A program made the position numbers and the translations under genes. From Burkholderiales bacterium (GTDB lineage Bacteria > Pseudomonadota > Gammaproteobacteria > Burkholderiales > SG8-39), in assembly GCA_033582675.1 (NCBI GenBank), contig JAVQZY010000019.1, positions 68,139-132,138 on the forward strand: DNA of 64,000 bases, given 5' to 3'. The notes beneath the pieces are model-generated. The model was not told where the DNA came from and made no database searches. It saw only the letters and a list, made by a program, of their open reading frames with translations. The stretch's first letter is position 1; each line of letters begins with the position of its first letter. Positions 10,116-25,311 of this stretch are shown piece by piece.

Positions 10116-10329
10116 CGCGGCTCTCGATGCCGCGGCCGCCGAGATGCAGGCCCTGCCTGAGGAGCGCGAGGGCCTTGCGCCGGCTCTGCCTCCAGGCGCG
10201 CTCCTCGCCGAGCCGACGCTCGAGTTCGGCTGCAACGAGTGCCGACACGCTCGTGCGACGCCGCGCCGCAAGCGCCCGCGCGCGCCGGACAAGCTCGCGA
10301 GGCAGAGAGACGGTGATGTTTTGTTTCAC
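10084..10329 (-). CDS. vapB: Ribbon-helix-helix antitoxin (VapB-like)
   Basis: The GTG at 10329 gives VKQNITVSLPRELVRRARALAARRRTSVSALVAAELERRL... (81 aa), a typical RHH strand-helix-helix. It forms the tail of the spurious ORF 10084..12858 and overlaps the vapC start by 32 nt. Confidence 0.7.
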   Translation of the reverse strand: MKQNITVSLPRELVRRARALAARRRTSVSALVAAELERRLGEERAWRQSRRKALALLRQGLHLGGRGIESRDALHDRLGLR

Positions 10330-10412
10330 GTCAACGGGTTGCGTCGGGTCTCGCGTATCGTACGTGCCCGTGCTCGCCCGGTCAAACGCGAGCGCGCAAG
10401 GGGAGCCGCCGC

Positions 10413-10748
10413 TCACCCCTGCCAGACGGCGTAGCCTTTCTCGCGCAGCTCCTCGGCGAGGTCTTTTTCCATCTCCTGCGCGGCCTCGAAGGGCATCGGA
10501 TTGAGGAACTCGTAGAGCTCTGGCAGAAGGCCGATTCCGTAGTCGCGCACGTAGCGGTTCGCCTTCACGCCCGCCTTGTGGTTCTGGAAGCGCTCGCCGG
10601 GCGGAAGTCCCGTCATGCCGACGTACACGCACGGCATGCCCTCGCGGTAGCCGGGGTTGCGCGCGCGAAAGCGCGGGTCCTTCATCACCGCCGGATCGAG
10701 CAGGACGACGTAGACGTTGTGGCGGTGGCGCTTTTCGGTCTCCGGCAC
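10413..10748 (-). CDS. Small conserved-looking protein, possibly GIY-YIG-like
   Basis: Intact 111-aa ORF lying 9 nt after the DUF2889 gene stop. NVYVVLLD ... CVYVGMTG ... ERFQNHKAG ... N ... EMEKDLAEELR loosely follows the GIY / YIG / R..H / N / E pattern. The family call is weak. Confidence 0.5.
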   Translation of the reverse strand: MPETEKRHRHNVYVVLLDPAVMKDPRFRARNPGYREGMPCVYVGMTGLPPGERFQNHKAGVKANRYVRDYGIGLLPELYEFLNPMPFEAAQEMEKDLAEELREKGYAVWQG

Positions 10749-10757
10749 GCGCGCCGT

Positions 10758-11309
10758 TCAGCGTCCGCGGTAGTACATCGGAAAGAGGCGCTTCACCACC
10801 TCGCCGTCGGCGGCCCACGAATGGCAGCCGTCGATGAAGTAGGGCTTCTTCGAGGTGTCCGCGGCCGGCTTGTCGCCCGCCTTCGGCCAGCTGCCGATCG
10901 TCTGGAAGGCGACGGTGGCGACCGGCATCAGGAGCTCGGTGATGTGCGTGCAGCCCCGCGTGCCGCCGACCGCCTCCGCAACCGCCTTCCTCCAGCCGGC
11001 GCCGATCTTTGCGCCGACAAGGCGCTTGTAGTTCGGCGCGACCTCCGGGCAGGGCGGATAAGGCGCATCGTTCGTCGCCACCTCGATGTCGCGCACGACC
11101 ATGTCCCGGTCCACGCTCACGCGCACCTCCATGTCGTGCACGTGCGAGCCCGCTTCGCGGTGCCCGCGGTAGGGTTCGTCCACCGCGTAGGTCTTGCGGT
11201 CGACGATGCGCGCCTCGATGTCGAAGAGGCCGTCTTCGCGCTCGTAGCCGCGGCATTCGATCGTGCGGGTGTGCAGGTGCCGGCGCGGCGCCGGCGGCGG
11301 AAGGCTCAT
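10758..11309 (-). CDS. DUF2889 domain protein
   Basis: Intact 183-aa ORF. LHTRTIECRGYEREDGLFDIEARIVD and GGTRGCTHITELLMPVATVAFQT match my recollection of DUF2889 proteins. Confidence 0.65.
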   Translation of the reverse strand: MSLPPPAPRRHLHTRTIECRGYEREDGLFDIEARIVDRKTYAVDEPYRGHREAGSHVHDMEVRVSVDRDMVVRDIEVATNDAPYPPCPEVAPNYKRLVGAKIGAGWRKAVAEAVGGTRGCTHITELLMPVATVAFQTIGSWPKAGDKPAADTSKKPYFIDGCHSWAADGEVVKRLFPMYYRGR

Positions 11310-11384
11310 CGGCGATGCTCCTTGCGTGTCGCAGCCGACATTTTGCCTTCGCGCGGCTGCGCCTGCGCGAAACGGCGCGAGCGC

Positions 11385-11784
11385 TCAATCGAGGCGCTTT
11401 GCGCGCAGCGCCTTGATCTCGGCGCGCTCGCGTTTCTCGGCAAGCCGCCGCTCGCGCGCAGCGCGCGAAGGCCGCGTCGGGCGGCGAACCTTCGGCGGCT
11501 GTCGCCGCCGCGGCGACGAGCGCGTGCAGCCGCGCGAGCGCCTCCTCGCGGTTTCGCTCGAGGCTGCGGTGGCGCTCTGCGCGGATCACGATGACGCCCG
11601 CGCGGCTCACGCGCGCATCGCGCCGGGCGAGGAGCCGCGCCTTCACCGGCTCGGGAAGCGAGGAGGCGCGGATGTCGAAGCGAAGCTGAACGGCGTTCGC
11701 CACCTTGTTCACGTTCTGGCCGCCGGGGCCGCGCGCGCGCACCGCGGCGAACTCGATCTCCTGCTCGGGGATGCGAAGCGTCAC
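11385..11784 (-). CDS. arfB: Alternative ribosome-rescue factor ArfB (peptidyl-tRNA hydrolase, RF-1 domain); one frameshift near 11505 as read
   Basis: VTLRIPEQEIEFAAVRARGPGGQNVNKVANAVQLRFDIRASSLPEPVKARLL...VIVIRAERHRSLERNREEALARL contains the GGQ motif. The basic tail QPPKVRRPTRPSRAARERRLAEKRERAEIKALRAKRLD-TGA (stop 11385-11387) lies in a second frame. The GTG start at 11784 overlaps the upstream stop (GTGA). The length is 400 nt. Confidence 0.85.
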
Positions 11785-12998
11785 GCGCTCACCCGGTTGC
11801 GGCCGGATTGCTTCGCGCGGTAGAGCGCCTCGTCCGCCGCCTTCAGCACCCGCTCGGGCTTTCGACCTGCGCTTGCATCCGCCGCGCCGATCGAGACGGT
11901 GACCGAGAGGACTTTTTCGGGTGCGCGCGCACCGCGCAGGCGGCTTCCCTCCTTTTCGTCCTTCGGCCGGTCTTCGCCCCGCACCGCCATGCGGTAGCGC
12001 TCGATTTCGGCGCGGATCGCTTCCAGATGCGGCAACGCCTCCTCGAGCGTGCGCCCGGGGAATAGCACCGCGAATTCTTCGCCGCCGTAGCGATACGCGC
12101 GCCCGCCGCCGCCGATTCCCGCAAGGCGGCTGCCGACCAGCCGCAGCACCTGATCGCCGATGTCGTGGCCGTGGGTGTCGTTGAACTTCTTGAAGTGGTC
12201 CACGTCCACCATCGCGATCGTGTACGCGGGGCCGAGCGCGCGCAGGTCCTCTTCCAGCGCCCGGCGGTTGGGAAGACCGGTGAGCGCATCGCGAAAGGCG
12301 AGCCGGTGCGATTCCTGAAGCACCCCGACGACGATCGCGGCGCCTGCGGCGGAGACGAAGATCGCGGCGGTCGCGGGCGATGCCGCGAACGTGCAGCCGA
12401 TGTAGAAGAGGAGGATCGCGGCGGCGCTCGCCACGTCCACCGGCCGCGCATCGGGCCAGCAGCGCCAGGCGGCGAGCGCAAACGCCGCCCCTGTGAGGAT
12501 GCGGCCCGCAAGCGGCACCGGCGGCCCGCGGAGCAGCCAATGATCGAGCATCGCCTGCCAGGCGGTGCCGGAGACGAGGCTTCGGCCCGAGGCGGCGACC
12601 CAGAGAACGAGGAGCGCCTCCAGCGCGAAGAGCGCGAGCCACCGTCCGCTTCCGTGATAGCGCACGCCGCGCTCGGGGAGCAGGTAGGCCGCAAGGGCAT
12701 TCCCCGGAACGAGGACGACGAGCGCGGCATAGGCGGCTTTCGCCGGCGCCGAGCCCGCGCCCCAGGCCTGCGCGACCTCCCAGCCGGCCCAGGCGGCGAG
12801 GATCGAAAAAGCGAGCACGAACGCGCGCCCGCGGTTGAACCACACGCATACGAGGCACGCCCCGGCGAGCATCGCGTAGGGCCCGAGGGTCGAAAGGCCC
12901 GCGAGCGAAGGCGGAAGGGGCGGGGCGAGCGCCGCCGCGAGCGTCGCCGCCGCAAGGATCGCGGCCGGTGCGGCGAGCGGCCGAAGCGCAGGCGCCAC
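11781..12998 (-). CDS. Membrane-anchored diguanylate cyclase (GGDEF domain)
   Basis: The GTG at 12998 gives 405 aa: about 6 hydrophobic helices, then RDALTGLPNRRALEEDL...VDVDHFKKFNDTHGHDIGDQVL...YRYGGEEFAVLF...SIGAA...ADEALYRAKQSGRNRV. Confidence 0.9.
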   Translation of the reverse strand: MAPALRPLAAPAAILAAATLAAALAPPLPPSLAGLSTLGPYAMLAGACLVCVWFNRGRAFVLAFSILAAWAGWEVAQAWGAGSAPAKAAYAALVVLVPGNALAAYLLPERGVRYHGSGRWLALFALEALLVLWVAASGRSLVSGTAWQAMLDHWLLRGPPVPLAGRILTGAAFALAAWRCWPDARPVDVASAAAILLFYIGCTFAASPATAAIFVSAAGAAIVVGVLQESHRLAFRDALTGLPNRRALEEDLRALGPAYTIAMVDVDHFKKFNDTHGHDIGDQVLRLVGSRLAGIGGGGRAYRYGGEEFAVLFPGRTLEEALPHLEAIRAEIERYRMAVRGEDRPKDEKEGSRLRGARAPEKVLSVTVSIGAADASAGRKPERVLKAADEALYRAKQSGRNRVSA

Positions 12999-13006
12999 GC
13001 GCGCGG

Positions 13007-13755
13007 CTAAAGCCCTGCCTTGCGGGCGAGTTCCGCGCCGTAGAAGCGCTCGCAGAGCATGCGCCGGCGCGTGCGGGAATCGGCCTGCGGCGGCAACGAC
13101 GCCTCGACGAGAAGGCGCGCCGATTCGAACATGTCGGCGCACATCGCGACGCGTTCCTGCGGCGTCAGCTCGGCAAAGCGCCGGCGGACGAACTCGCGGA
13201 ATTCCGGCGTCGGTGTCATCCATGCGCGAGCCTGGCCAGGCAGGTCGGCTACACCCAGTTCTCCGGCCCAGCGCCGGAGGTACTCCGCGTCGGCGCCGGC
13301 GGCGAGCAAGGCGCGTGCATCCCGCAGCTGAAGCTCCGAGCCGGAGTCCTTCGCCCATACGAGCTTCGAGAGGATCAGGTCTTCCTTCGTCACGATCCAC
13401 GCCTGGAACCCGGGCATCGGGACGCGGGTGCGCCGCTCGAACTCGTTGCGCCGAAAGGCATCGTCCTTGCGGACGACGAAGTCCACTTTCACGAGATGGC
13501 CGAGGTGTAGCGCATTGAAAATGCCGCGTTCGCGGGCCGCGCGCGAGGCGTCCTCCGGGAGCAGGTAATAGTCCGGTGCGAACAATTCCGCGACCCGCTG
13601 CGCACCGGCCGGGTCGAGCTCCACGACAAGATCGATGTCCCGGGTCATGCGCGGCGGAGCATAGTACGCAAGCGCCATCGAGCCGGTCAGCATGTAGCGG
13701 ATGCCGGCCTTCTCGAGACGCGCGACCGCGTCCTTGAGTACCTCGATTTCCGCAC

Positions 13756-13759
<4 letters not shown>
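13007..13759 (-). CDS. Pol-beta-fold nucleotidyltransferase-like protein with a helical C-terminal extension
   Basis: The GTG at 13759 overlaps the parC stop (GTGA) and gives 250 aa. IRYMLTGSMALAYYAPPRMTRDIDLVVE fits the hG[GS]x9-13DhDh nucleotidyltransferase motif. The C-terminal ~80 aa (TPTPEFREFVRRRFAELTPQERVAMCADMFESARLL) are unassigned. Confidence 0.6.
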
Positions 13760-16051
<2,292 letters not shown>

Positions 16052-16057
16052 CGGTCG

Positions 16058-16285
16058 TCATCCGAAAAGATCGAGCTGCTTTCCCGCCATCGCCACCGCC
16101 TGCTCGACCGAGCGCTTTGCGCTCGCGAGATCGTCGGCCACGCCCGCGCGCCCGGCCGCCTCCCAGGCGTAGCGGCCTTCGCCCTCGCGCACGACGCGCC
16201 CCAGTTTCGCCTTGCCCTGCCAGAGCACGTGCCCCTTGTAGCCGCGCTCCCACACCGGCTTCGGCGCGCCCCGTTTTCTAGACAT
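16058..16285 (-). CDS. 75-aa protein of unknown function between parE and parC, with a C-terminal QLDLF motif
   Basis: ATG 16285 overlaps the parE stop region by 8 nt, and the stop at 16058 lies 6 nt before the parC ATG. GC3 is high across the ORF and the composition is varied (W, Y, K, H). Sequence: MSRKRGAPKPVWERGYKGHVLWQGKAKLGRVVREGEGRYAWEAAGRAGVADDLASAKRSVEQAVAMAGKQLDLFG. Confidence 0.55.
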   Translation of the reverse strand: MSRKRGAPKPVWERGYKGHVLWQGKAKLGRVVREGEGRYAWEAAGRAGVADDLASAKRSVEQAVAMAGKQLDLFG

Positions 16286-18248
16286 CGGCCTCGACGGTCC
16301 TCCAGTGCTCGCGCATCCAGTTTCGCCGGCCTTCGGCCTCGCCCGCGTCCATGAGCAGTTCGAACACCTTGCGCGCGCGCTCGATCTGCTGCGAATCGAG
16401 CTGCATGCGAACGAGCCGGCGCGTGTCCGGGTTCATCGTGGTCTCCCAGAGCTGCTCCGGGCTCATCTCGCCGAGGCCCTTGAAACGAAGGATCTCCCAG
16501 GCTCCCTCCTTCACCTTTTCCTTGCGAAGCTGCGCGAGCGCCTCCTCCAGCTCCTCGTCGTCGAGGCAGTAGAGGCGGCGCGCCGGCCGGCCCTTGCCCT
16601 GCGCCGGGACCTCGACCTTGTAGAGCGGCGGCTGCGCGACGTAGACGCGCCCGGCTTCCACGAGCTTCGGCATGTGCATGAAGAAGAAGGTGAGGAGCAG
16701 CGCCTGGATGTGCCCGCCGTCCACGTCGGCATCCGTCATCAGGATGATTTTTCCGTAGCGCAGGCCCGAGAGGTCGGGACTGTCCTCGGCGCCGTGCGGG
16801 TCCACGCCGATCGCGGTCGCGATCGCCTGAAGCTCCTTGTTCGCGAGCACCGTGCGCGCGTCCTTGGACATGGTGTTCAGCACTTTTCCGCGCAGCGGCA
16901 GCACCGCCTGCGTTTCCTTGTCGCGCGCCTCTTTGGCCGAGCCGCCCGCCGAGTCGCCTTCGACGAGGAAGAGTTCGTTGCGCGCGATGTCGTCGGAAGC
17001 GCAGTCGACGAGCTTGCCCGGGAGCGTCGCCACCCCGGAAGACTTCTTGCGCTCGAACTTCTTGCCGCGCGAGGCGCGCGCCATCGCCTGCTCGATCGCG
17101 AGCTCGGCGATGCGCTTTCCGTCCTCCGGGTGCTGGTTGAGCCACAGCTCGAACGGATCGCGCACGCAAAGTTCCAGCAGCCGCGCCGCGTGCCGCGTGG
17201 TGAGCTTTTCCTTCGTCTGGCCGTGAAACTGCGTGCGCACGATGCGCGCCGAGAGCGTGAAGCAGGCGCGGCTCCAGAGGTCGTCGGCGACGAGCTTGAC
17301 GCCCTTCGGCTGAAGCGAGCGCGTCTCCATGAAGGCGAGGAGCGCTTCGAACAGGCCGTTGCGGAAGCCCGCCTCGTGCGTTCCGCCCGAGCGCGTGGGT
17401 ATGAGGTTGACATGGCTGTCTGCGAACACCTCCCCCTCGGCCACCCAGCCGACCGCCCACGCCGCGCCCTCGCCCGGCTCGATCTCGGCGTGCTCGGCCG
17501 CCGATTTCTCGTCGAAGTATTTTTCGCCGGTGAAAAGCGGCGCGACGAGCTCGCGCTCGCCCAGCATGTACTCGAAGTACTCGGCCATGCCGCGCGCGAA
17601 GGTCCAGCTCTTTTCCGGCTTTCCTTCCACCCGCAGCACCGTCGTGAGGCCGGGCAGAAGATAGGCCTTCGAGCGCACGAGGTGCTCGAGTTCCGCGAGC
17701 GGAACGTTCGCCGAGTCGAAGTATTTCGGGTCGGGCCACAGCCGCACGACGGTGCCGGTGCGCCGCTCGCGGATGCGCTCGCTCTTCAGCTTCTGCTTCA
17801 CCTCGCCGCCTTCGAAGGCGATCGTGTGCCTGTGCCCGTCGCGATAGACCGTCACCTCGCAGCGCTTCGAGAGCGCGTTCGAGACCGCGACGCCGACGCC
17901 GTGCAGGCCGCCGGCGATGTGATAGACGCCGTCGCCCGAGCGGCTGAATTTCGCGCCCGCGTGCAGCATGGTGAAGGCGACTTCGACCGCCGGACGCTTT
18001 TCGACCGGGTGCAGGTCCACCGGCACGCCGCGGCCTTCGTCGGCGACCTCGACCGAGCCGTCCTTGAACACCGAGACGACGATCCGTCGCCCGTAGCCGG
18101 CGAGCGCCTCGTCCACCGCGTTGTCGAGCACCTCCTGCACGATGTGCAGGGGATGCACCGTGTGGGTGTACATGCCGGGCATGCGGCGCACCGGCTCAAG
18201 GCCCTTGAGGGCCTGGATCGCGGAGGCGTCGTAGGCTTGCCTTGCCAT
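16278..18248 (-). CDS. parE: DNA topoisomerase IV subunit B
   Basis: Intact 656-aa ORF. GHKL ATPase motifs are HIVQEVLDNAVDEA and GGLHGVGVAVSNALS. The Toprim motif is ELFLVEGDSAGGSAK and the tail reads PGKLVDC ... QRFKGLGEM-like (ILRFKGLGEMSPEQLWETTMNP). The pairing with parC supports topo IV rather than gyrase. Confidence 0.92.
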   Translation of the reverse strand: MARQAYDASAIQALKGLEPVRRMPGMYTHTVHPLHIVQEVLDNAVDEALAGYGRRIVVSVFKDGSVEVADEGRGVPVDLHPVEKRPAVEVAFTMLHAGAKFSRSGDGVYHIAGGLHGVGVAVSNALSKRCEVTVYRDGHRHTIAFEGGEVKQKLKSERIRERRTGTVVRLWPDPKYFDSANVPLAELEHLVRSKAYLLPGLTTVLRVEGKPEKSWTFARGMAEYFEYMLGERELVAPLFTGEKYFDEKSAAEHAEIEPGEGAAWAVGWVAEGEVFADSHVNLIPTRSGGTHEAGFRNGLFEALLAFMETRSLQPKGVKLVADDLWSRACFTLSARIVRTQFHGQTKEKLTTRHAARLLELCVRDPFELWLNQHPEDGKRIAELAIEQAMARASRGKKFERKKSSGVATLPGKLVDCASDDIARNELFLVEGDSAGGSAKEARDKETQAVLPLRGKVLNTMSKDARTVLANKELQAIATAIGVDPHGAEDSPDLSGLRYGKIILMTDADVDGGHIQALLLTFFFMHMPKLVEAGRVYVAQPPLYKVEVPAQGKGRPARRLYCLDDEELEEALAQLRKEKVKEGAWEILRFKGLGEMSPEQLWETTMNPDTRRLVRMQLDSQQIERARKVFELLMDAGEAEGRRNWMREHWRTVEADV

Positions 18249-18381
18249 AGATCTAGCGGTTCGCAGCCGGCAGTTGCACTACGTATTGTATGCCTTTGCC
18301 GCCGGCCCCCGCGCGCGAAAACGCTGGCGGCGCCGCGGAGCCCTGCGCCGGCGCGAGCGCGACCGGCGCGCAAGGTCGGAC

Positions 18382-19188
18382 CTAGCGCCCGGTAAAGCGC
18401 GGCTTGCGCTTTTCGACGAATGCGCGCACGCCCTCGCGCCGGTCTTCGGTGTCGACGAGCCGGTTGTACGCCTCGATCTCGAACCGGTAACCGGTGAGGA
18501 GATCCGTCTGCAGGCCGTAGTGGATGGATTTCTTCGCCTGGCGGACCGCAAGCGGGCCGTTCGCCGCGATCGCCTCGGCAGTCGCGATCGTCTCTTCGAG
18601 CAGCCGCGCCGGCTCGCAGACGCGGTTGACGAGCCCCCACGCGAGCGCCTCTTCGGCCGTGAGCGCGCGCGCCGCGAGGATGAGCTCCTTTGCGCGCCGC
18701 TCGCCCACCGCGCGCGCGAGGTTCTGCGTGCCCATGCCGCCCGGCATCAGCCCGCGGCTCGTCTCCGGAAGCGCAAGCCGTGCGCCCGCTGCCGCATAGA
18801 TGAAGTCGCAGCAGAGCGCAAGCTCCAGCCCCCCTCCGTAGGCGTGGCCGTTCACCGCCGCGACGACCGGCACCGGGCACTCGACGAGCGCGACGAAGCC
18901 GCGCTCGAAGAGTTCGTGCTGCGCACGCCAGGCTTCTTCGCTCATGCCGTCGCGCTCTTTCAAGTCCGCACCCGCGCAGAAGGCGCGATCGCCCGCGCCG
19001 GTGAGCACCGCGCAGCGCACGCCGCCCGCGTCCTCGGTGAGCCGCGTCCAGAGGTCGAGCAGTTCGCGGCCCATCTGCGTGTCGATCGCGTTGAGGACCT
19101 CGGGACGGTTCAGCCGCACGAGGAGCACGTGCTCGCCGCGCGATTCGAGCGCGAGGGTGCGGTACTCGGGAAACGTCGCCGCGGACAT
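18382..19188 (-). CDS. Enoyl-CoA hydratase/isomerase (crotonase) family protein
   Basis: Intact 268-aa ORF with VLTGAGDRAFCAGADLKE and AAVNGHAYGGGLELALCCDFIYAA ... LPETSRGLMPG. Confidence 0.88.
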   Translation of the reverse strand: MSAATFPEYRTLALESRGEHVLLVRLNRPEVLNAIDTQMGRELLDLWTRLTEDAGGVRCAVLTGAGDRAFCAGADLKERDGMSEEAWRAQHELFERGFVALVECPVPVVAAVNGHAYGGGLELALCCDFIYAAAGARLALPETSRGLMPGGMGTQNLARAVGERRAKELILAARALTAEEALAWGLVNRVCEPARLLEETIATAEAIAANGPLAVRQAKKSIHYGLQTDLLTGYRFEIEAYNRLVDTEDRREGVRAFVEKRKPRFTGR

Positions 19189-19207
19189 CGGTGCTCGCGC
19201 CCGCCCT

Positions 19208-23253
<4,046 letters not shown>

Positions 23254-23412
23254 TCACGCGTGCCCGTAACATGTCCGGGCGATGCGGTACTTTAAACCGT
23301 TCGGCGAGCGCGGAGAACCTCGCGCGCTCGATACCGGGCCACGGCCGCGGAGCGAGCCGACGGCGGCTCGCGTTCTCGCCCCGCTTCGATACCTCTCGCG
23401 CAAGAGGCCGAT

Positions 23413-25311
23413 GTGACCGCCCCGCTTCGACCCGCTCGCGCCGCGTTTGGCCCCGACGGCACGCCGGTCTCGGCGCTCTACGGCGACGTTTATCACTCAT
23501 CCGCAGGCGGCGAAGCGCAGGCGCGGCACGTCTTTCTCGCGGGCACCGGCTTGCCCGAGCGCTGGCGCGGCCGACGCCGCTTCACCGTGCTCGAGCTCGG
23601 CTTCGGCTTCGGGCTCTCGTTCCTCGTCACCTGGCAGGCGTGGCGGAAAGACCCGGCGCGCTGCGGACGGCTTCACTTCATTTCGGTCGAAAAGCACCCG
23701 TTTCCTGCGGCCGACCTCGCGCTCCTTCACGAACGCTATCCGGCGCTCGCTGCGCTTTCGCAGGAGCTGCGCGAGGCCTGGCCGATCCTCGTGCCGGGGT
23801 TTCAGCGGCTCGAATTCGAGAGCGGTCGCGTCCTCCTCACGCTCGCCTTCGGCGACGTCGCGCAAGCGCTGCCGCAGCTCGAGGCGTGCGCCGACGCGGT
23901 GTTCCTCGACGGCTTTTCGCCGGCGAAGAATCCCGAGATGTGGTCGGCCGAGGCGATGCGCGAGGTTGCGCGGCTTTGCGCCCCGGGATCGATCGCCGCC
24001 ACTTGGAGCGTCGCCGCGCTCGTCAAGGAAAACCTCGCCGCCGCCGGATTTTCGGTCGAGAAGCGGCCGGGCTTTGCCCGCAAGCACGAGATGCTCGTCG
24101 CGCGGCCGGTCCGCCCGCGAAGGGCGCCTCCGCCCGAGCCTCCGACGCGCCGCGCGCTCGTCGTCGGCGCAGGTGTGGCCGGCGCTTCGGTCTGCGAGCG
24201 GCTCGCGCGGCGCGGCTGGGACGTCGTGCTCGTCGAGCGGCGCACGACGCCCGCCGCGGAAGCCTCGGGCAATCCCGCCGGTGCCTTTCATCCGGTGCTC
24301 ACGCCGGACGATAGCCTCCTTGCCCGCTTCACCCGCGCCGCGTTTGTCCACACGCTTCGCGCGTGGAAAACGCACGCCGGCATCCTCTGGTCGGGCTGTG
24401 GGCTTCTTCAGCTCGCCGAGGACGCGAAAGAAGCCGAGTCCCAAGCGCGCTCGCTCGCAGCGCTTTCGCCGCCCGACGATTACGCGCGGCGCGTGAACGC
24501 CGAGGAAGCGTCCTCGCTCGCGGGCGTTCGCCTTGCCGCGGGCGGCCTCTTTTATCCGCTGGCGGGCTGGGTGAGCCCCGCGAGCGCCTGCACCGCGTGG
24601 CTCTCCGCCTGCGGCGGGCGGCTCGAGGCGCGATTCGGCGTCGAAGTGGCATCGCTCGAGAGCGCAGGCGGCGAATGGATCGCGCGCGATCGCACAGGGG
24701 GTGCGATCGCCGCCGCGCCGGTCGCGGTGCTCGCGAACGCCGCCGAGGTCTTGCGCCTTGCGCCGCAGCCGCATGTGCCGCTTCGGCGCGTGCGCGGGCA
24801 GGCGACGCTGATTCCGCGGGTACCCGGGTTGAAAGCGGTCGTCCTGCGCAGCGGCATGCTGCTTCCGGCGGTCGATGGCCGCTCGCTCGTCGGCTCGACC
24901 TACGATACCGACGACGATCCCCTGCCGCGCGTCGAATCGAACGCTGCGAACCTCGCGCGCCTCGAGCGCATCGTCCCGGGTGCGGCGACCGGCCTCGATC
25001 CTTCGGCGCTCGATGCCTGCGTCGGATTTCGCGCCACGGTGCGCGATCGCCTGCCGCTCGTCGGCGCGCTCTGCGCGGCCGATGACGCGCGGTGCGAAGC
25101 GCGCACGCCGGGCCTCTACGGCGCGTTCGCCTACGGCTCGCGCGGCTACCTCTGGGCTGCGCTCTGCGCCGAGCTTCTCGCTTCGATCCTCGAAGGCGAG
25201 CCGCTGCCGCTGGAAAAGCGCCTCGCTGCGGCGGTGGATCCCGGACGCTTCGCGTTGCGCGCCGCGCGCAGGCAAGGCGGCTACCAGCGCTCGAGCCGCA
25301 GGTCGTCGTAA
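23413..25311 (+). CDS. mnmC: Bifunctional tRNA (mnm5s2U34) methyltransferase / FAD-dependent cmnm5s2U34 oxidoreductase
   Basis: Intact 632-aa ORF. The N-terminal methyltransferase half reads FTVLELGFGFGLSFL ... DAVFLDGFSPAKNPEMWS. The C-terminal DAO-type half reads ALVVGAGVAGASVCERLARRGWDVVLVE. Confidence 0.88.
   Translation: MTAPLRPARAAFGPDGTPVSALYGDVYHSSAGGEAQARHVFLAGTGLPERWRGRRRFTVLELGFGFGLSFLVTWQAWRKDPARCGRLHFISVEKHPFPAADLALLHERYPALAALSQELREAWPILVPGFQRLEFESGRVLLTLAFGDVAQALPQLEACADAVFLDGFSPAKNPEMWSAEAMREVARLCAPGSIAATWSVAALVKENLAAAGFSVEKRPGFARKHEMLVARPVRPRRAPPPEPPTRRALVVGAGVAGASVCERLARRGWDVVLVERRTTPAAEASGNPAGAFHPVLTPDDSLLARFTRAAFVHTLRAWKTHAGILWSGCGLLQLAEDAKEAESQARSLAALSPPDDYARRVNAEEASSLAGVRLAAGGLFYPLAGWVSPASACTAWLSACGGRLEARFGVEVASLESAGGEWIARDRTGGAIAAAPVAVLANAAEVLRLAPQPHVPLRRVRGQATLIPRVPGLKAVVLRSGMLLPAVDGRSLVGSTYDTDDDPLPRVESNAANLARLERIVPGAATGLDPSALDACVGFRATVRDRLPLVGALCAADDARCEARTPGLYGAFAYGSRGYLWAALCAELLASILEGEPLPLEKRLAAAVDPGRFALRAARRQGGYQRSSRRSS

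Noticed and set aside
11385-11784. The arfB frame change as a programmed frameshift like that of prfB
   Set aside because: Programmed +1 frameshifting is known for RF2 (prfB) at an early in-frame UGA preceded by an SD-like element. Here the shift lies in the C-terminal tail with no such context. Similar breaks occur in many unrelated genes in this window, so an indel is the simpler explanation.
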